Positions 26,320-34,902 of a stretch of DNA of 64,000 nucleotides are shown one piece after another. Position numbers and translations under genes: made by a program. The stretch lies in the sequence record PZ452608.1. One strand, written 5' to 3'. The notes beneath the pieces were generated by a model. It was not told where the DNA came from. It was given only the letters and a program-made list of their open reading frames with translations, and did no database searches. How positions within the stretch are numbered: the first letter of the stretch is position 1; each line of letters starts with the position of its first letter. Origin of the DNA: a phage.

Positions 26320-26619
26320 TTAATCTGCCAACCTTAAATTGAAATTAACACCAAATTTTTCACACACTTCCAACATATACTCAAGAGAGACATTCCCAGT
26401 GAGGTGGATTATGTTGGATACACGAGCTTGAGAGATACCACAAATTTTAGCGACTTGCTCTTGAGAAAGACCTCTGGATTTAATCTCTCTCTTAAAACGA
26501 TGTGCAACGAAGTCTCTCATTTCGTCTACATCCATTGGACAAATATAACTCTCCATTTCAGCCTCTCTATCAGCCTCCCAATCATCTTGTGGGGCATAAG
26601 GGTCAAAAACCTCATTCAT
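26320..26619 (-). CDS. XRE-family helix-turn-helix DNA-binding protein
   Basis: C-terminal HTH LSQEQVAKICGISQARVSNIIH; ATG at 26619 (track start 26649 is TTG). Confidence 0.6.
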   Translation of the reverse strand: MNEVFDPYAPQDDWEADREAEMESYICPMDVDEMRDFVAHRFKREIKSRGLSQEQVAKICGISQARVSNIIHLTGNVSLEYMLEVCEKFGVNFNLRLAD

Positions 26620-26824
26620 CTTTCTTCTTCCGTTTACGTGAAGTATCAATTAATGAGTCTATGTTTGTAGCTCTGACCTTTTCACGTTCATCATTAAGAT
26701 AATCATCAAGAGCCTTTTCAATCTGTGAATCATCTTGACAGATGACTGTAAAGACTGTAAAGCCGTCTGTATCATCAATTATCTTACCATAACCGCTTCT
26801 GGGGTGTAACTTTTTAAGAGCCAT
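26612..26824 (-). CDS. Hypothetical small protein with basic C-terminus
   Basis: 70 aa ORF, ends RKRKKKDE, 8-nt overlap with downstream HTH gene. Confidence 0.45.
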   Translation of the reverse strand: MALKKLHPRSGYGKIIDDTDGFTVFTVICQDDSQIEKALDDYLNDEREKVRATNIDSLIDTSRKRKKKDE

Positions 26825-26825
26825 A

Positions 26826-27209
26826 TCAGATACCTGTGCAGCTTCTGTTTTCTAAGAAATACTCAACACCGTACATAGCTTTTTGCATCAAATCTTCTTT
26901 AAACTGGATACGATGGTTGAGCATAGCCTGTACATCAATATCATCATGGTGCTTCTCTTTAATATTTGCAGATTGCAGGAAATACTCTGCAAGAACACGA
27001 TATTGATAGTCAGTCACCTTATCAGTCATCTCTGTCAAAGACTCTTCAGAGATTGGTTTCAGTAGCTCACCATTAGCCAGAACAACACCTTTTACAATCT
27101 GGCAAGTATCTTCTGGAACACCTGATAAGTCCACATTGGGAAGTTCTGTTGCATTGACTGGTAAATTTATTGCCATAACCATTGCAGCAGTTAATAAAAT
27201 CTTTTTCAT
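26826..27209 (-). CDS. Secreted/periplasmic protein with cleavable signal peptide
   Basis: MKKILLTAAMVMAINLPVNA followed by TE; first gene after the 27210-27596 control region. Confidence 0.55.
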   Translation of the reverse strand: MKKILLTAAMVMAINLPVNATELPNVDLSGVPEDTCQIVKGVVLANGELLKPISEESLTEMTDKVTDYQYRVLAEYFLQSANIKEKHHDDIDVQAMLNHRIQFKEDLMQKAMYGVEYFLENRSCTGI

Positions 27210-27253
27210 AATGACCTCAAAGTTATATTAAATTTTGTATTATATTGAGTATA

Positions 27254-27283
27254 AAAATAAGCTATAACACCTGACTTGTCAAC
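27254..27283 (-). promoter_or_regulatory. Candidate - strand promoter TTGACA-N18-TATTTT (weak -10)
   Basis: Minus-strand TTGACA at + coordinates 27278-27283; overlapped by a 13-bp inverted repeat. Confidence 0.3.
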
Positions 27284-27301
27284 AGATTTTATAGCTTATT
27301 T
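27255..27301. promoter_or_regulatory. Operator-like perfect inverted repeat (13-bp arms, 21-bp spacer)
   Basis: AAATAAGCTATAA at 27255-27267 and TTATAGCTTATTT at 27289-27301; spacer contains the - strand TTGACA. Confidence 0.5.
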
Positions 27302-27317
27302 GGCAGATTTTTTATAA

Positions 27318-27398
27318 GGCTACTGCCATCCTTCCATACCAAACCAAACCTTACAAGACCCAACCACACATCACTGTACTCAACAGAACTCTACCCTA
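27318..27398. repeat. G-poor CA-rich low-complexity tract (A1)
   Basis: ggctactgccatccttccataccaaaccaaaccttacaagacccaaccacacatcac...; almost no G on + strand. Confidence 0.6.
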
Positions 27399-27476
27399 CC
27401 TCATTAAAAGACCCTCTTAAAGACCTTTTAAAAAGGTAAGTCTCATTTTAATGTAGCTGAGACTAACTACCCATAC
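27399..27476. repeat. Direct repeat copy 1 (58 nt identical core 27419-27476)
   Basis: aaagaccttttaaaaaggtaagtctcattttaatgtagctgagactaactacccatac is identical to 28812-28869; preceded by cctcattaaaagaccctctt. Confidence 0.8.
27430..27467 (-). terminator. Intrinsic terminator on - strand (module hairpin plus U5)
   Basis: On - strand GUUAGUCUCA-loop-UGAGACUUAC followed by CUUUUUAAAAGG; lies about 130 nt downstream of the 27597 stop. Confidence 0.5.
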
Positions 27477-27529
27477 CAGACCCTACCTTACCAAACCAGA
27501 CCTCACCCTACCCCACCATACCGTATACT
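27468..27529. repeat. G-poor CA-rich tract (A2)
   Basis: tacccataccagaccctaccttaccaaaccagacctcaccctaccccaccataccgtatactac. Confidence 0.6.
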
Positions 27530-27569
27530 ACCTCATTAAAAGACCTTGTTTAAAGACCTTTTAATGAGG
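27530..27569. repeat. Perfect 12-bp-stem hairpin (AAAGACC repeat unit 2)
   Basis: CCTCATTAAAAG-accttgtttaaagac-CTTTTAATGAGG; contains two AAAGACC words 13 bp apart. Confidence 0.6.
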
Positions 27570-27588
27570 AGCCTCCGAAGAGGCTACC
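27568..27588 (-). other. GC hairpin with UUCG-type loop immediately 3-prime of the 27597 stop, no U-tract
   Basis: GGAGCCTC-CGAA-GAGGCT on + strand, same hairpin family as the window terminators but followed by CUCAUUAAAAGG on - strand. Confidence 0.45.
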
Positions 27589-27596
27589 TAGTCAAC

Positions 27597-28037
27597 TTAG
27601 AAAGGTTTTCTGCGTTGCTTGTTAATGTTAGCTTTCATAGCAGCTAAATGGTTTTGCTGTTCAATTAGTCGTGAACGTTCTTGGTGGCTAAGTGCCATAG
27701 TATTCACATTCTCAATTGCTTGAGTGGCTTGCTTTAAAGCTCGACCAATCTTACCAGACATTTTGCGTTTTGCAATAGTTGCTTGATGCTTAGGTTCAAC
27801 CACACGATAACCAACACCCATTGAAGCAACCAGATAAATCTTCTCTTCTTTAAGAAGCTTCTCAATAAACTTCTCAAGTCGGTTTAGACGTGTAAGTGCA
27901 TAAGCCTTCATTTCATCTTCGTACTTAACAATGTCACCTTGATAAGTTGGCTTCACAATACCTAAGAAGGTGTCCATCTCAGAATGTGATACAGTGTCAC
28001 CGTAACTAAACTTTGCTGCTAATGCTTTTGTATTCAT
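27597..28037 (-). CDS. Hypothetical protein (cassette gene 2)
   Basis: 146 aa ORF, ATG start, basic C-terminus KANINKQRRKPF; stop 3 nt after cassette gene 1. Confidence 0.5.
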   Translation of the reverse strand: MNTKALAAKFSYGDTVSHSEMDTFLGIVKPTYQGDIVKYEDEMKAYALTRLNRLEKFIEKLLKEEKIYLVASMGVGYRVVEPKHQATIAKRKMSGKIGRALKQATQAIENVNTMALSHQERSRLIEQQNHLAAMKANINKQRRKPF

Positions 28038-28039
28038 AA

Positions 28040-28645
<606 letters not shown>

Positions 28646-28719
28646 TTAGTTGATTGTTAAGTTGTTTGTAAAGAACCCTCAACAGAAGACTCTTTAGAAA
28701 CTTGGTAGATTTTTAACGT

Positions 28720-28790
28720 GGCTACTACCATCCACCCATACCGTGCCACACCACACCGGACCGTACCATGCCCAACCCTACTACACCAGA
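28720..28790. repeat. G-poor CA-rich tract (B1)
   Basis: ggctactaccatccacccataccgtgccacaccacaccggaccgtaccatgcccaaccctactacaccagacc; begins with same ggctactNccatcc as tract A1. Confidence 0.6.
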
Positions 28791-28869
28791 CCTTATTAAA
28801 AGACCCTCTCCAAAGACCTTTTAAAAAGGTAAGTCTCATTTTAATGTAGCTGAGACTAACTACCCATAC
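28791..28869. repeat. Direct repeat copy 2 (58 nt identical core 28812-28869)
   Basis: Identical to 27419-27476; preceded by cttattaaaagaccctctcc. Confidence 0.8.
28823..28860 (-). terminator. Intrinsic terminator / attenuator on - strand inside the leader of the cassette
   Basis: Same hairpin plus U5 as 27430-27467, about 200 nt upstream of the 28627 start codon and downstream of the candidate promoter at 28998-29025. Confidence 0.45.
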
Positions 28870-28928
28870 ATTACCGCACCATATTATACCCTACCCCACC
28901 ATACTTCACTGCACCGAGCCACGCATTA
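28861..28928. repeat. G-poor CA-rich tract (B2)
   Basis: tacccatacattaccgcaccatattataccctaccccaccatacttcactgcaccgagccacgcattaca. Confidence 0.6.
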
Positions 28929-28967
28929 CATCACTTAAAAACCCTTTTCAAAGACTCTTAAGTGATG
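28929..28967. repeat. Hairpin, degenerate copy of the AAAGACC unit
   Basis: CATCACTTAA-aaacccttttcaaagactc-TTAAGTGATG. Confidence 0.5.
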
Positions 28968-28997
28968 CTGGTGAGTACCCGTTGGTTTATGATGCTC

Positions 28998-29025
28998 AGT
29001 ATACTCACCAAATTTTCTATGTCAA
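28998..29025 (-). promoter_or_regulatory. Sigma70-like promoter on - strand, TTGACA-N16-TATACT
   Basis: + strand tgtcaa at 29020-29025 and agtata at 28998-29003 read as TTGACA and TATACT on - strand; overlapped by inverted repeat GGTGAGTA...TACTCACC (28970-29009). Confidence 0.45.
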
Positions 29026-29181
29026 CAACTTTTATAAAAAAGTTCTGATAGCTATATGCGTCACGAAACAAAAGATTGTAAACAAGACACCCATTGCAAA
29101 AGATGTGTCCAAAAGCTTACTTGCAACGTATGACAATACAAAGACAACCAGTATAAACAAAATGACTGTACTGAACATAGT

Positions 29182-30282
29182 TTACTCATAATCCCTAATA
29201 ACGAGACCAACAGGGAACTGTAAAGACCCCTTACGAGTCATCTTCTGGAACTGAACCGTTAAAGGTTTCCCGATAAACTCATCAGGATGCTCAGCAAGGT
29301 ACTGTTTCTTCTCATGAGTAGTCTTCCATGAGACATCTACAAAGACGTTAGGAAGAGTCTCTACAACGAACTTACCATGACCACGTTTATCAGTCTTTAC
29401 ACCAGTCACTTTAAACTCTTCAGTGTGCATCTTCTTGTGCTTAATCAAGAAGTATGAACGGTGACAACACTCATAGAAGGAGTCTTCAGAGATTGAACGG
29501 TACATTGCACCTTCAAACTTAACTTCAACCCACTTATCATGAGCTTCATCAAATTCTTCCCAAGAGTTTACACGACGAGACTTAACAGGGACAACTTTAC
29601 AGCCATCTCTCAAGTCATTCAATGGTGAAGTCTCAATAATATCCCTACGTTCAGGCCACGTCTTAGTGCTATCACAGATGTCATACCAGTAAAACTTAAG
29701 AAGATGTCTGTCTGGGTTGTCTTCATTTTTAATCATGGAGACAATATCTTCTAAGTCCCACCCATGAGCATAAACCTCCCCGTCAAACTCATCAACGTCT
29801 GCATGGAGTCTTAACATAGTCATAATGTCAGGTGTTAGCTCAGTAGGTATTTTATAAACAGTATTCTCACGAGAATAAGCCGTGAAACTAACTGAATCAT
29901 CACCTCTTGAAATTCTACAACGGACACCATCAAGTTTTGGTTGAGCATCAGCAGGGAACTTCAGATACTTTGCATGGCTAACCTTTGCAGCATCATGAGC
30001 AAGCTGTACACCTACCTTCTCAGTATTCTGTGCAGACTCTTTTGTGTAAGCGTAACCTTTACGGTCTACTTGTTTCTTATACTTAGCAGAAACTTCAAAG
30101 AGAGCTTGCTGTTCAGCGTTACGCTCATTCTTTTTACCGATGTTTTTAGGTTCTGCTGTATACTCTTCAAACATCATCTTGCCATTTTCTTTACCGTAGG
30201 TTGTAATAACTTTGTCACCTACAGCAACACATGACCAGATGTTAAAAGAGCCATCTTTATTTTGTTTGTACAGTATTGTCAT
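29182..30282 (-). CDS. ATP-dependent DNA ligase (T4 ligase-like)
   Basis: Adenylation motif FPADAQPKLDGVRCRI (KxDG); ATG at 30282 with GAGGAA RBS right after upstream stop. Confidence 0.8.
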   Translation of the reverse strand: MTILYKQNKDGSFNIWSCVAVGDKVITTYGKENGKMMFEEYTAEPKNIGKKNERNAEQQALFEVSAKYKKQVDRKGYAYTKESAQNTEKVGVQLAHDAAKVSHAKYLKFPADAQPKLDGVRCRISRGDDSVSFTAYSRENTVYKIPTELTPDIMTMLRLHADVDEFDGEVYAHGWDLEDIVSMIKNEDNPDRHLLKFYWYDICDSTKTWPERRDIIETSPLNDLRDGCKVVPVKSRRVNSWEEFDEAHDKWVEVKFEGAMYRSISEDSFYECCHRSYFLIKHKKMHTEEFKVTGVKTDKRGHGKFVVETLPNVFVDVSWKTTHEKKQYLAEHPDEFIGKPLTVQFQKMTRKGSLQFPVGLVIRDYE

Positions 30283-30283
30283 T

Positions 30284-30475
30284 TTATTCCTCTGAGTGAT
30301 ACCAAGTATTGCAAGCATTACATGCGTAAAGCTCTAAGTCGTTTTTATCTGGTTTATGAAAACAGTTCGCTCCGCAGTGGCAACGAAACGGCTTTCCACC
30401 AACTGTCAGGATGAAGGATTGAACCTTTCCATCAGGAGTTCGTACAGCATTTTTATGCTTATCTTCTTTGTTCAT
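30284..30475 (-). CDS. Small zinc-ribbon protein
   Basis: CHCGANC ... CNACN cysteine pairs, 63 aa. Confidence 0.45.
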   Translation of the reverse strand: MNKEDKHKNAVRTPDGKVQSFILTVGGKPFRCHCGANCFHKPDKNDLELYACNACNTWYHSEE

Positions 30476-30630
30476 TTATCTCTTGCCTTTGTCAGATTTC
30501 ATATATGACATGTTACTACGCCTTTTAATGAAATGCACAACGCATTTTGGTGTATCTTTTGCATCTTTGATGTGCAACCTTTCGAAACTGCGCACTGTGA
30601 AGGTTGCATCTGTCATTGTTTGCTTAGGTT

Positions 30631-30837
30631 TCATTTTCTCTTACCACCAATCTCTACGTCGATAACTTGAACATCACCAGCAACATCAAACTTATGAATG
30701 ATACTTTCCACAGTGTAAGTCCAACCCTCAATGCGAACCAATTCACCTTCTCGTGGGACGATTGGGTTACGTTGAGCTACGGTTGTAGTGGAGTGAACAA
30801 CATCATAACAATAGATATAGTTTACTAGGACTTCCAT
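30631..30837 (-). CDS. Hypothetical small protein
   Basis: ATG at 30837 with GAGG RBS after the lipoprotein stop; the longer track ORF from 30936 overlaps the lipoprotein gene. Confidence 0.35.
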   Translation of the reverse strand: MEVLVNYIYCYDVVHSTTTVAQRNPIVPREGELVRIEGWTYTVESIIHKFDVAGDVQVIDVEIGGKRK

Positions 30838-30847
30838 CGTGAAAACC

Positions 30848-31084
30848 TCACTCAATAACCGTAGTGTGTGATTGACCATTTTTTCCATAACTATAAGATG
30901 TTGTCGTTTGAGAGTTTGGACATCTGACAACAACAATGTCTCTACTTATGGCATCACCATGCAACTTATAGACTTTGCAATCTTGCATCTCTGGTGGGAG
31001 GCTATAAGAAGCATTTTTATCTTCATAAGAAGGGTTGCAGCCAGCTAGAAAAATAACACCAAGCACAATTACTGATTTCCACAT
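30848..31084 (-). CDS. Lipoprotein (lipobox LAGC)
   Basis: MWKSVIVLGVIFLAGCNPS signal peptidase II motif; 78 aa. Confidence 0.55.
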   Translation of the reverse strand: MWKSVIVLGVIFLAGCNPSYEDKNASYSLPPEMQDCKVYKLHGDAISRDIVVVRCPNSQTTTSYSYGKNGQSHTTVIE

Positions 31085-31241
31085 AATACTTCTCCTGTCT
31101 GTTGTTCACGATACTCAAGCTCTCTGAAAGTTTTGTAGTAATGAATTTTGTAGTACGCTATCTCATTACTTTTTACGTTTGTTTTTAGTAGGCTCCAATC
31201 AGAGTCTTTACCCATCCTTCCCCAGAGACTATATAACCTAT

Positions 31242-31460
31242 TCATAACAATTCCAAGATATCAATGCGTTCACCCTTAAGAACACCTGTACGGTCTCTTG
31301 CAATCTTACCGTCAACAATAAGGATATGTGCAGACCTTAAAGATTCACTATTAAAACCTTTTACGAACTTACTAGGCATCACCACAATAAGCATCTCCTG
31401 AATCAACTCTGGAGTATAGCAGTTGTCGTGAAGTTGCTGAATAACGTCTGAAAGTGTCAT
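31242..31460 (-). CDS. Hypothetical small protein
   Basis: 72 aa ORF between polymerase and lipoprotein genes. Confidence 0.45.
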   Translation of the reverse strand: MTLSDVIQQLHDNCYTPELIQEMLIVVMPSKFVKGFNSESLRSAHILIVDGKIARDRTGVLKGERIDILELL

Positions 31461-31521
31461 GAGACCTCCTATACAAGATACAGTATAAGGTACTCTTCCA
31501 TGAGCACCTTGTCAATACTAA

Positions 31522-34221
31522 TTAGTGTACTTCAAGCCAGCTTTTACCAACCTTACCAGTACCTGTTACAAGTGTTTCTTTCTTAAGACCTAAGTTCTTA
31601 GAAGCTTGTCCATAATACCAGTCAGTAACTGCTTTCACTTCTGCCGTCATACTTTCTGGACATTCCCAGCTTGTTTCATCGTGATATGCGCAGAGTAAAC
31701 GAGCACCAATAGCTGGTTGACGACCATTTAACTTCATCAAACCTTCGTCAATCATACGACGACAAGCAAGGTTAATTGCCTCATTTTGAATCTGAGCCTC
31801 TGAACCCATCAAAAGGTAGTTCAACAGTTTGTGTGGAGATTTACACCACAACCAAGCTCCAGCAACCTTTACAAAACCCCCTTTAGAGATTGCAGCAGTC
31901 TTACCAAACACCTCTTCAAGTGCCTTTTTAGTCGCTTTGTAGTCAGCTTCCAAGTCATCTAGCAGCTTCTTAATTTTAGGCAAACGGATAAAGTAAGTCT
32001 GTTTAGTCAGTGCACCTTCCTGAGTAGTTGCAGCTTTAATTGTCTTAGCAAACTTCTCATCACCTGCACCGAACAGCAGTGCATAGATACCATTCTTAGC
32101 TTTCTTACGACCCTTGCTAATCTCATGAAGAAGATTCTCATCCTGAGTAGCTCGACAAGTCAAGATATCCTGCTCATCATTCAAGCTAAAGTAAATACTG
32201 TTCAGTGTGTGTGCATCAGTCCCTGAATAGACAACGTAAAGGTCATTCTCAGAGTCATAGCGAAGGTACTTATCAATCTCTGGGTTGAGGTACTCATCAA
32301 AATGTTTGCAGTAATAGCGTCCATCTTCTTGACGAATAAACTCAATCTCTTCTTTACCTTGCGTTACCGCTTTGGTGAAGTCTTTGTCACCCATAAAGTT
32401 ACAAAGGAGAACTAGCTGGGCTGAGTTCATGTCTACAGAGACAACATTAGTACCTTCTTCACAAATCCACACTGCCCTCATTGGCTCCCCATAGACAGCA
32501 GCACCAGACGGTACGTTTACAATACCATATTGTGTCATACGTCCAGTTGAAGTACCAAATACCATTGCACCAGCACTAAGGCGACCATCTGGACGAATCT
32601 GGTTCAGCCAACCTTTCTCGTCATCCTTTGAGTTCTCAATAGTTCTGCGTCGGTGCATCAAAGTATAGTACTTCGCAATCTTCTGTCCAAGCTCACCTTC
32701 AATCGTATCATAAGATGATTCAGTAAGTTTTGGTGAAGTACGGATTAAGCAAGGCTCAAGCAAATCTGTGTATTTCTTCACAGACCAGTTATGCTCGATG
32801 TACTGTACACCTTCATGTTCAACATAACTCAAACCACACCGCTCAACCATTTCCTGCCACTTAGGATGCTTTGTAATCATCTTTTTATTGTCTTTGAAAC
32901 GACAAACTTTGACAGGGCGACCATCTGAGTCTTTCTTGTAATTCCAGTCATCTGGAATCCAACCAACTGATTTCAAGTAGTCTTTAACAACTGCTACCTG
33001 AGTCATACGAGAAACTTCAAACTCAATTGGTGTATATGGTGCATCAATCAAACCTGTGTAGCGACTTGACTCAAGTTCAAAGTGGTTAACAACATGACTG
33101 TTATAGTACTTCACAGTTTTGACTGTCTTTACTGGCTTCCAGTCTTTGCATTTCTTACCAATCTTTGCGTTCAACTCATTGCAAATTGCACGAGCATCCT
33201 TCATTGCTACAAAGCCTTCCTTGTACTCTTCACCAGTTACAGAGTTGGTTGGTGTATAGCAATTTCTCTTTTCAATGTTAAAAATCTTTGTAGTTGGCTT
33301 ACCAAATGGCTTGATTTCGTATGTCTGCATCTCACCGTTACGTACCTGCTGACGGTACTTTGTCTTAGGGTACTTGGTAATCCTCTTCAGACCATCTGCA
33401 TGACCGAATGTTTCAACATATTCATTCCAAGCTTTTGCAAACTCTTCTCCAGTAACTTTACCTTTGGTCTTAATAGTTGGAGGTAGATGCGGTTCAACCT
33501 CTGAAGCAAGCTCATTAGTCAACTTGTCAAGCTCCTTTACATGAAACTCCATAAGCTCTTTATCAGCTTTCCAACCATTGATAGCCTGTTGACTCATCCA
33601 GAAAGATGTCTCTTTAGCTCGCATGTAAGTTTCATAAGTGTCTATACCACACTTCTTAAGCTTGAGATATTCATTATCCAGTGCACGTTTAGTTTTGGCG
33701 TTAATACGGATATCTTCTACAACACGAGTGAAGATTTCTGCATTCCAAACACCCCAATGCTCAATCTCTGGCTTACGAACACCAACACGAGCACCCCATG
33801 CAGCCAAGCCATGAGCACCTTTATAACCCTTTGGAGTTGGTCTATCCATCCACTGAACACGAGACTGGATAAGAGAATCCTGAAAGAAATTACTCCACGG
33901 CTTACACTTTGGATTATCAAAGTTCCATAAATCAGGGGCAATGTGATTGAAAACCCACCAGTCATAACCGAGACCATTATGGATGCAAAGACGTTTTGCC
34001 TTTAACGCAAACTCAATACCTTCACGTAAGCCACCCTTAATGTACTTGGTATACTTGTGACCGAGGATAGGCTCGTCTGTAAAGACCCATACAGGCGGCT
34101 CTTCATCGTCAGATTTATAGTCTGCGAAAGCCATTACGTGAACTTTAGTGAACTCAAGGAGTAAACCATCAGTTTCTGTATCACCAACTAAATGTAAGTT
34201 TTTAAAATCTACGTTTTCCAT
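31522..34221 (-). CDS. DNA polymerase, family A, with 3-5 exonuclease domain
   Basis: Exo motif VGDTETDGL; motif B KKAKNGIYALLFGAGDEKFA; motif C LCAYHDETSWECPE; ATG at 34221 with GAGGGAG RBS (track start 34251). Confidence 0.85.
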   Translation of the reverse strand: MENVDFKNLHLVGDTETDGLLLEFTKVHVMAFADYKSDDEEPPVWVFTDEPILGHKYTKYIKGGLREGIEFALKAKRLCIHNGLGYDWWVFNHIAPDLWNFDNPKCKPWSNFFQDSLIQSRVQWMDRPTPKGYKGAHGLAAWGARVGVRKPEIEHWGVWNAEIFTRVVEDIRINAKTKRALDNEYLKLKKCGIDTYETYMRAKETSFWMSQQAINGWKADKELMEFHVKELDKLTNELASEVEPHLPPTIKTKGKVTGEEFAKAWNEYVETFGHADGLKRITKYPKTKYRQQVRNGEMQTYEIKPFGKPTTKIFNIEKRNCYTPTNSVTGEEYKEGFVAMKDARAICNELNAKIGKKCKDWKPVKTVKTVKYYNSHVVNHFELESSRYTGLIDAPYTPIEFEVSRMTQVAVVKDYLKSVGWIPDDWNYKKDSDGRPVKVCRFKDNKKMITKHPKWQEMVERCGLSYVEHEGVQYIEHNWSVKKYTDLLEPCLIRTSPKLTESSYDTIEGELGQKIAKYYTLMHRRRTIENSKDDEKGWLNQIRPDGRLSAGAMVFGTSTGRMTQYGIVNVPSGAAVYGEPMRAVWICEEGTNVVSVDMNSAQLVLLCNFMGDKDFTKAVTQGKEEIEFIRQEDGRYYCKHFDEYLNPEIDKYLRYDSENDLYVVYSGTDAHTLNSIYFSLNDEQDILTCRATQDENLLHEISKGRKKAKNGIYALLFGAGDEKFAKTIKAATTQEGALTKQTYFIRLPKIKKLLDDLEADYKATKKALEEVFGKTAAISKGGFVKVAGAWLWCKSPHKLLNYLLMGSEAQIQNEAINLACRRMIDEGLMKLNGRQPAIGARLLCAYHDETSWECPESMTAEVKAVTDWYYGQASKNLGLKKETLVTGTGKVGKSWLEVH

Positions 34222-34281
34222 TTTTACTCCCTCTAAAATCATTAACCTCATACATTACTGCAAAAAATTATAAAAAGCAAG

Positions 34282-34311
34282 TTGACAATGTACTTGACAA
34301 GGTGTTAATCT
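34282..34311 (+). promoter_or_regulatory. Candidate + strand promoter TTGACA-N18-TAATCT with TGn
   Basis: Tandem TTGACA hexamers at 34282 and 34294 in the divergent control region. Confidence 0.3.
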
Positions 34312-34393
34312 TTGCGAAGTGGGTTTTTACTTAAAAGGTTACTTAACAGTTTAACTATACAGATACTTTAAAACTCTTAAAAGATTATTTAAT

Positions 34394-34434
34394 AGCTTTT
34401 AAAAAGCTTTAAAGTATAACGTATAGAATACGTT
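34394..34434. promoter_or_regulatory. Two operator-like inverted repeats in divergent control region
   Basis: AGCTTTT-a-AAAAGCT at 34394-34408 and AACGTAT-aga-ATACGTT at 34418-34434. Confidence 0.4.
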
Positions 34435-34478
34435 AAGATAAAAGATTAAAACTTAATAGTTACTTAAAAGAGGCTTAC

Positions 34479-34901
34479 ATGCAGAAAATGTTTGTTCACC
34501 CAGACATAGCTGACTTTGTTAGAGCTTTGCAGAAGTTGGAAGAACTTGACATTGCTGCTCAACGGGAATATGCTCACCATCACAGGAGAATGGTTGATAT
34601 ACAACATGAAATAGAGTTATCAGAAGACTATGAAGATGACTTAAAATGCTCTGTGTTCGAGCATATGAAAGACGTTGCTATAGCTAGACGTAAAGCTAAA
34701 GATACAGTTGCTTTACTAGATTCTCTTAAAAAGAGGTTGCAAAGTGGTACAGACCTGTGTAATCTAGCATCACTGATTAACGATGTTGAAACTTCTTGGG
34801 ACAGGCATTACTATCCACGTTCTGAAAAGACACTTGACTTTTCTTCATCTGAAAACTTAAAATGCTCTAGAAAGAAACTTAACCAACTGAGAGAGAAATA
34901 A
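34479..34901 (+). CDS. Hypothetical early protein
   Basis: First ORF of the + strand operon, 140 aa, helical and charged. Confidence 0.5.
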   Translation: MQKMFVHPDIADFVRALQKLEELDIAAQREYAHHHRRMVDIQHEIELSEDYEDDLKCSVFEHMKDVAIARRKAKDTVALLDSLKKRLQSGTDLCNLASLINDVETSWDRHYYPRSEKTLDFSSSENLKCSRKKLNQLREK

Positions 34902-34902
34902 T

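Noticed and set aside
26320-26619. Lysogeny module (repressor plus integrase) implied by the XRE-family HTH gene
   Set aside because: No integrase, excisionase or attachment-site features are in the window. The HTH protein is more likely a lytic-cycle transcriptional regulator.
27468-27529. G-quadruplex formation by the G-rich minus strand of the CA-rich tracts
   Set aside because: G-runs are mostly GG or single GGG separated irregularly. Four tracts of three or more G within a short span are not present, so a canonical G4 is unlikely.
28657-29191. Track ORFs 28657-28839 (-) and 28982-29191 (+) inside island B
   Set aside because: They translate low-complexity CA/GT-rich sequence or run antisense to the local transcription direction, lack ribosome-binding sites, and overlap the promoter and terminator elements. 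They are more likely non-coding.
33082-33977. Plus-strand ORFs inside the DNA polymerase gene (33082-33486, 33541-33930) and similar shadow ORFs inside other enzymes
   Set aside because: They overlap a motif-supported gene on the opposite strand and have hydrophobic low-complexity translations characteristic of antisense frames.
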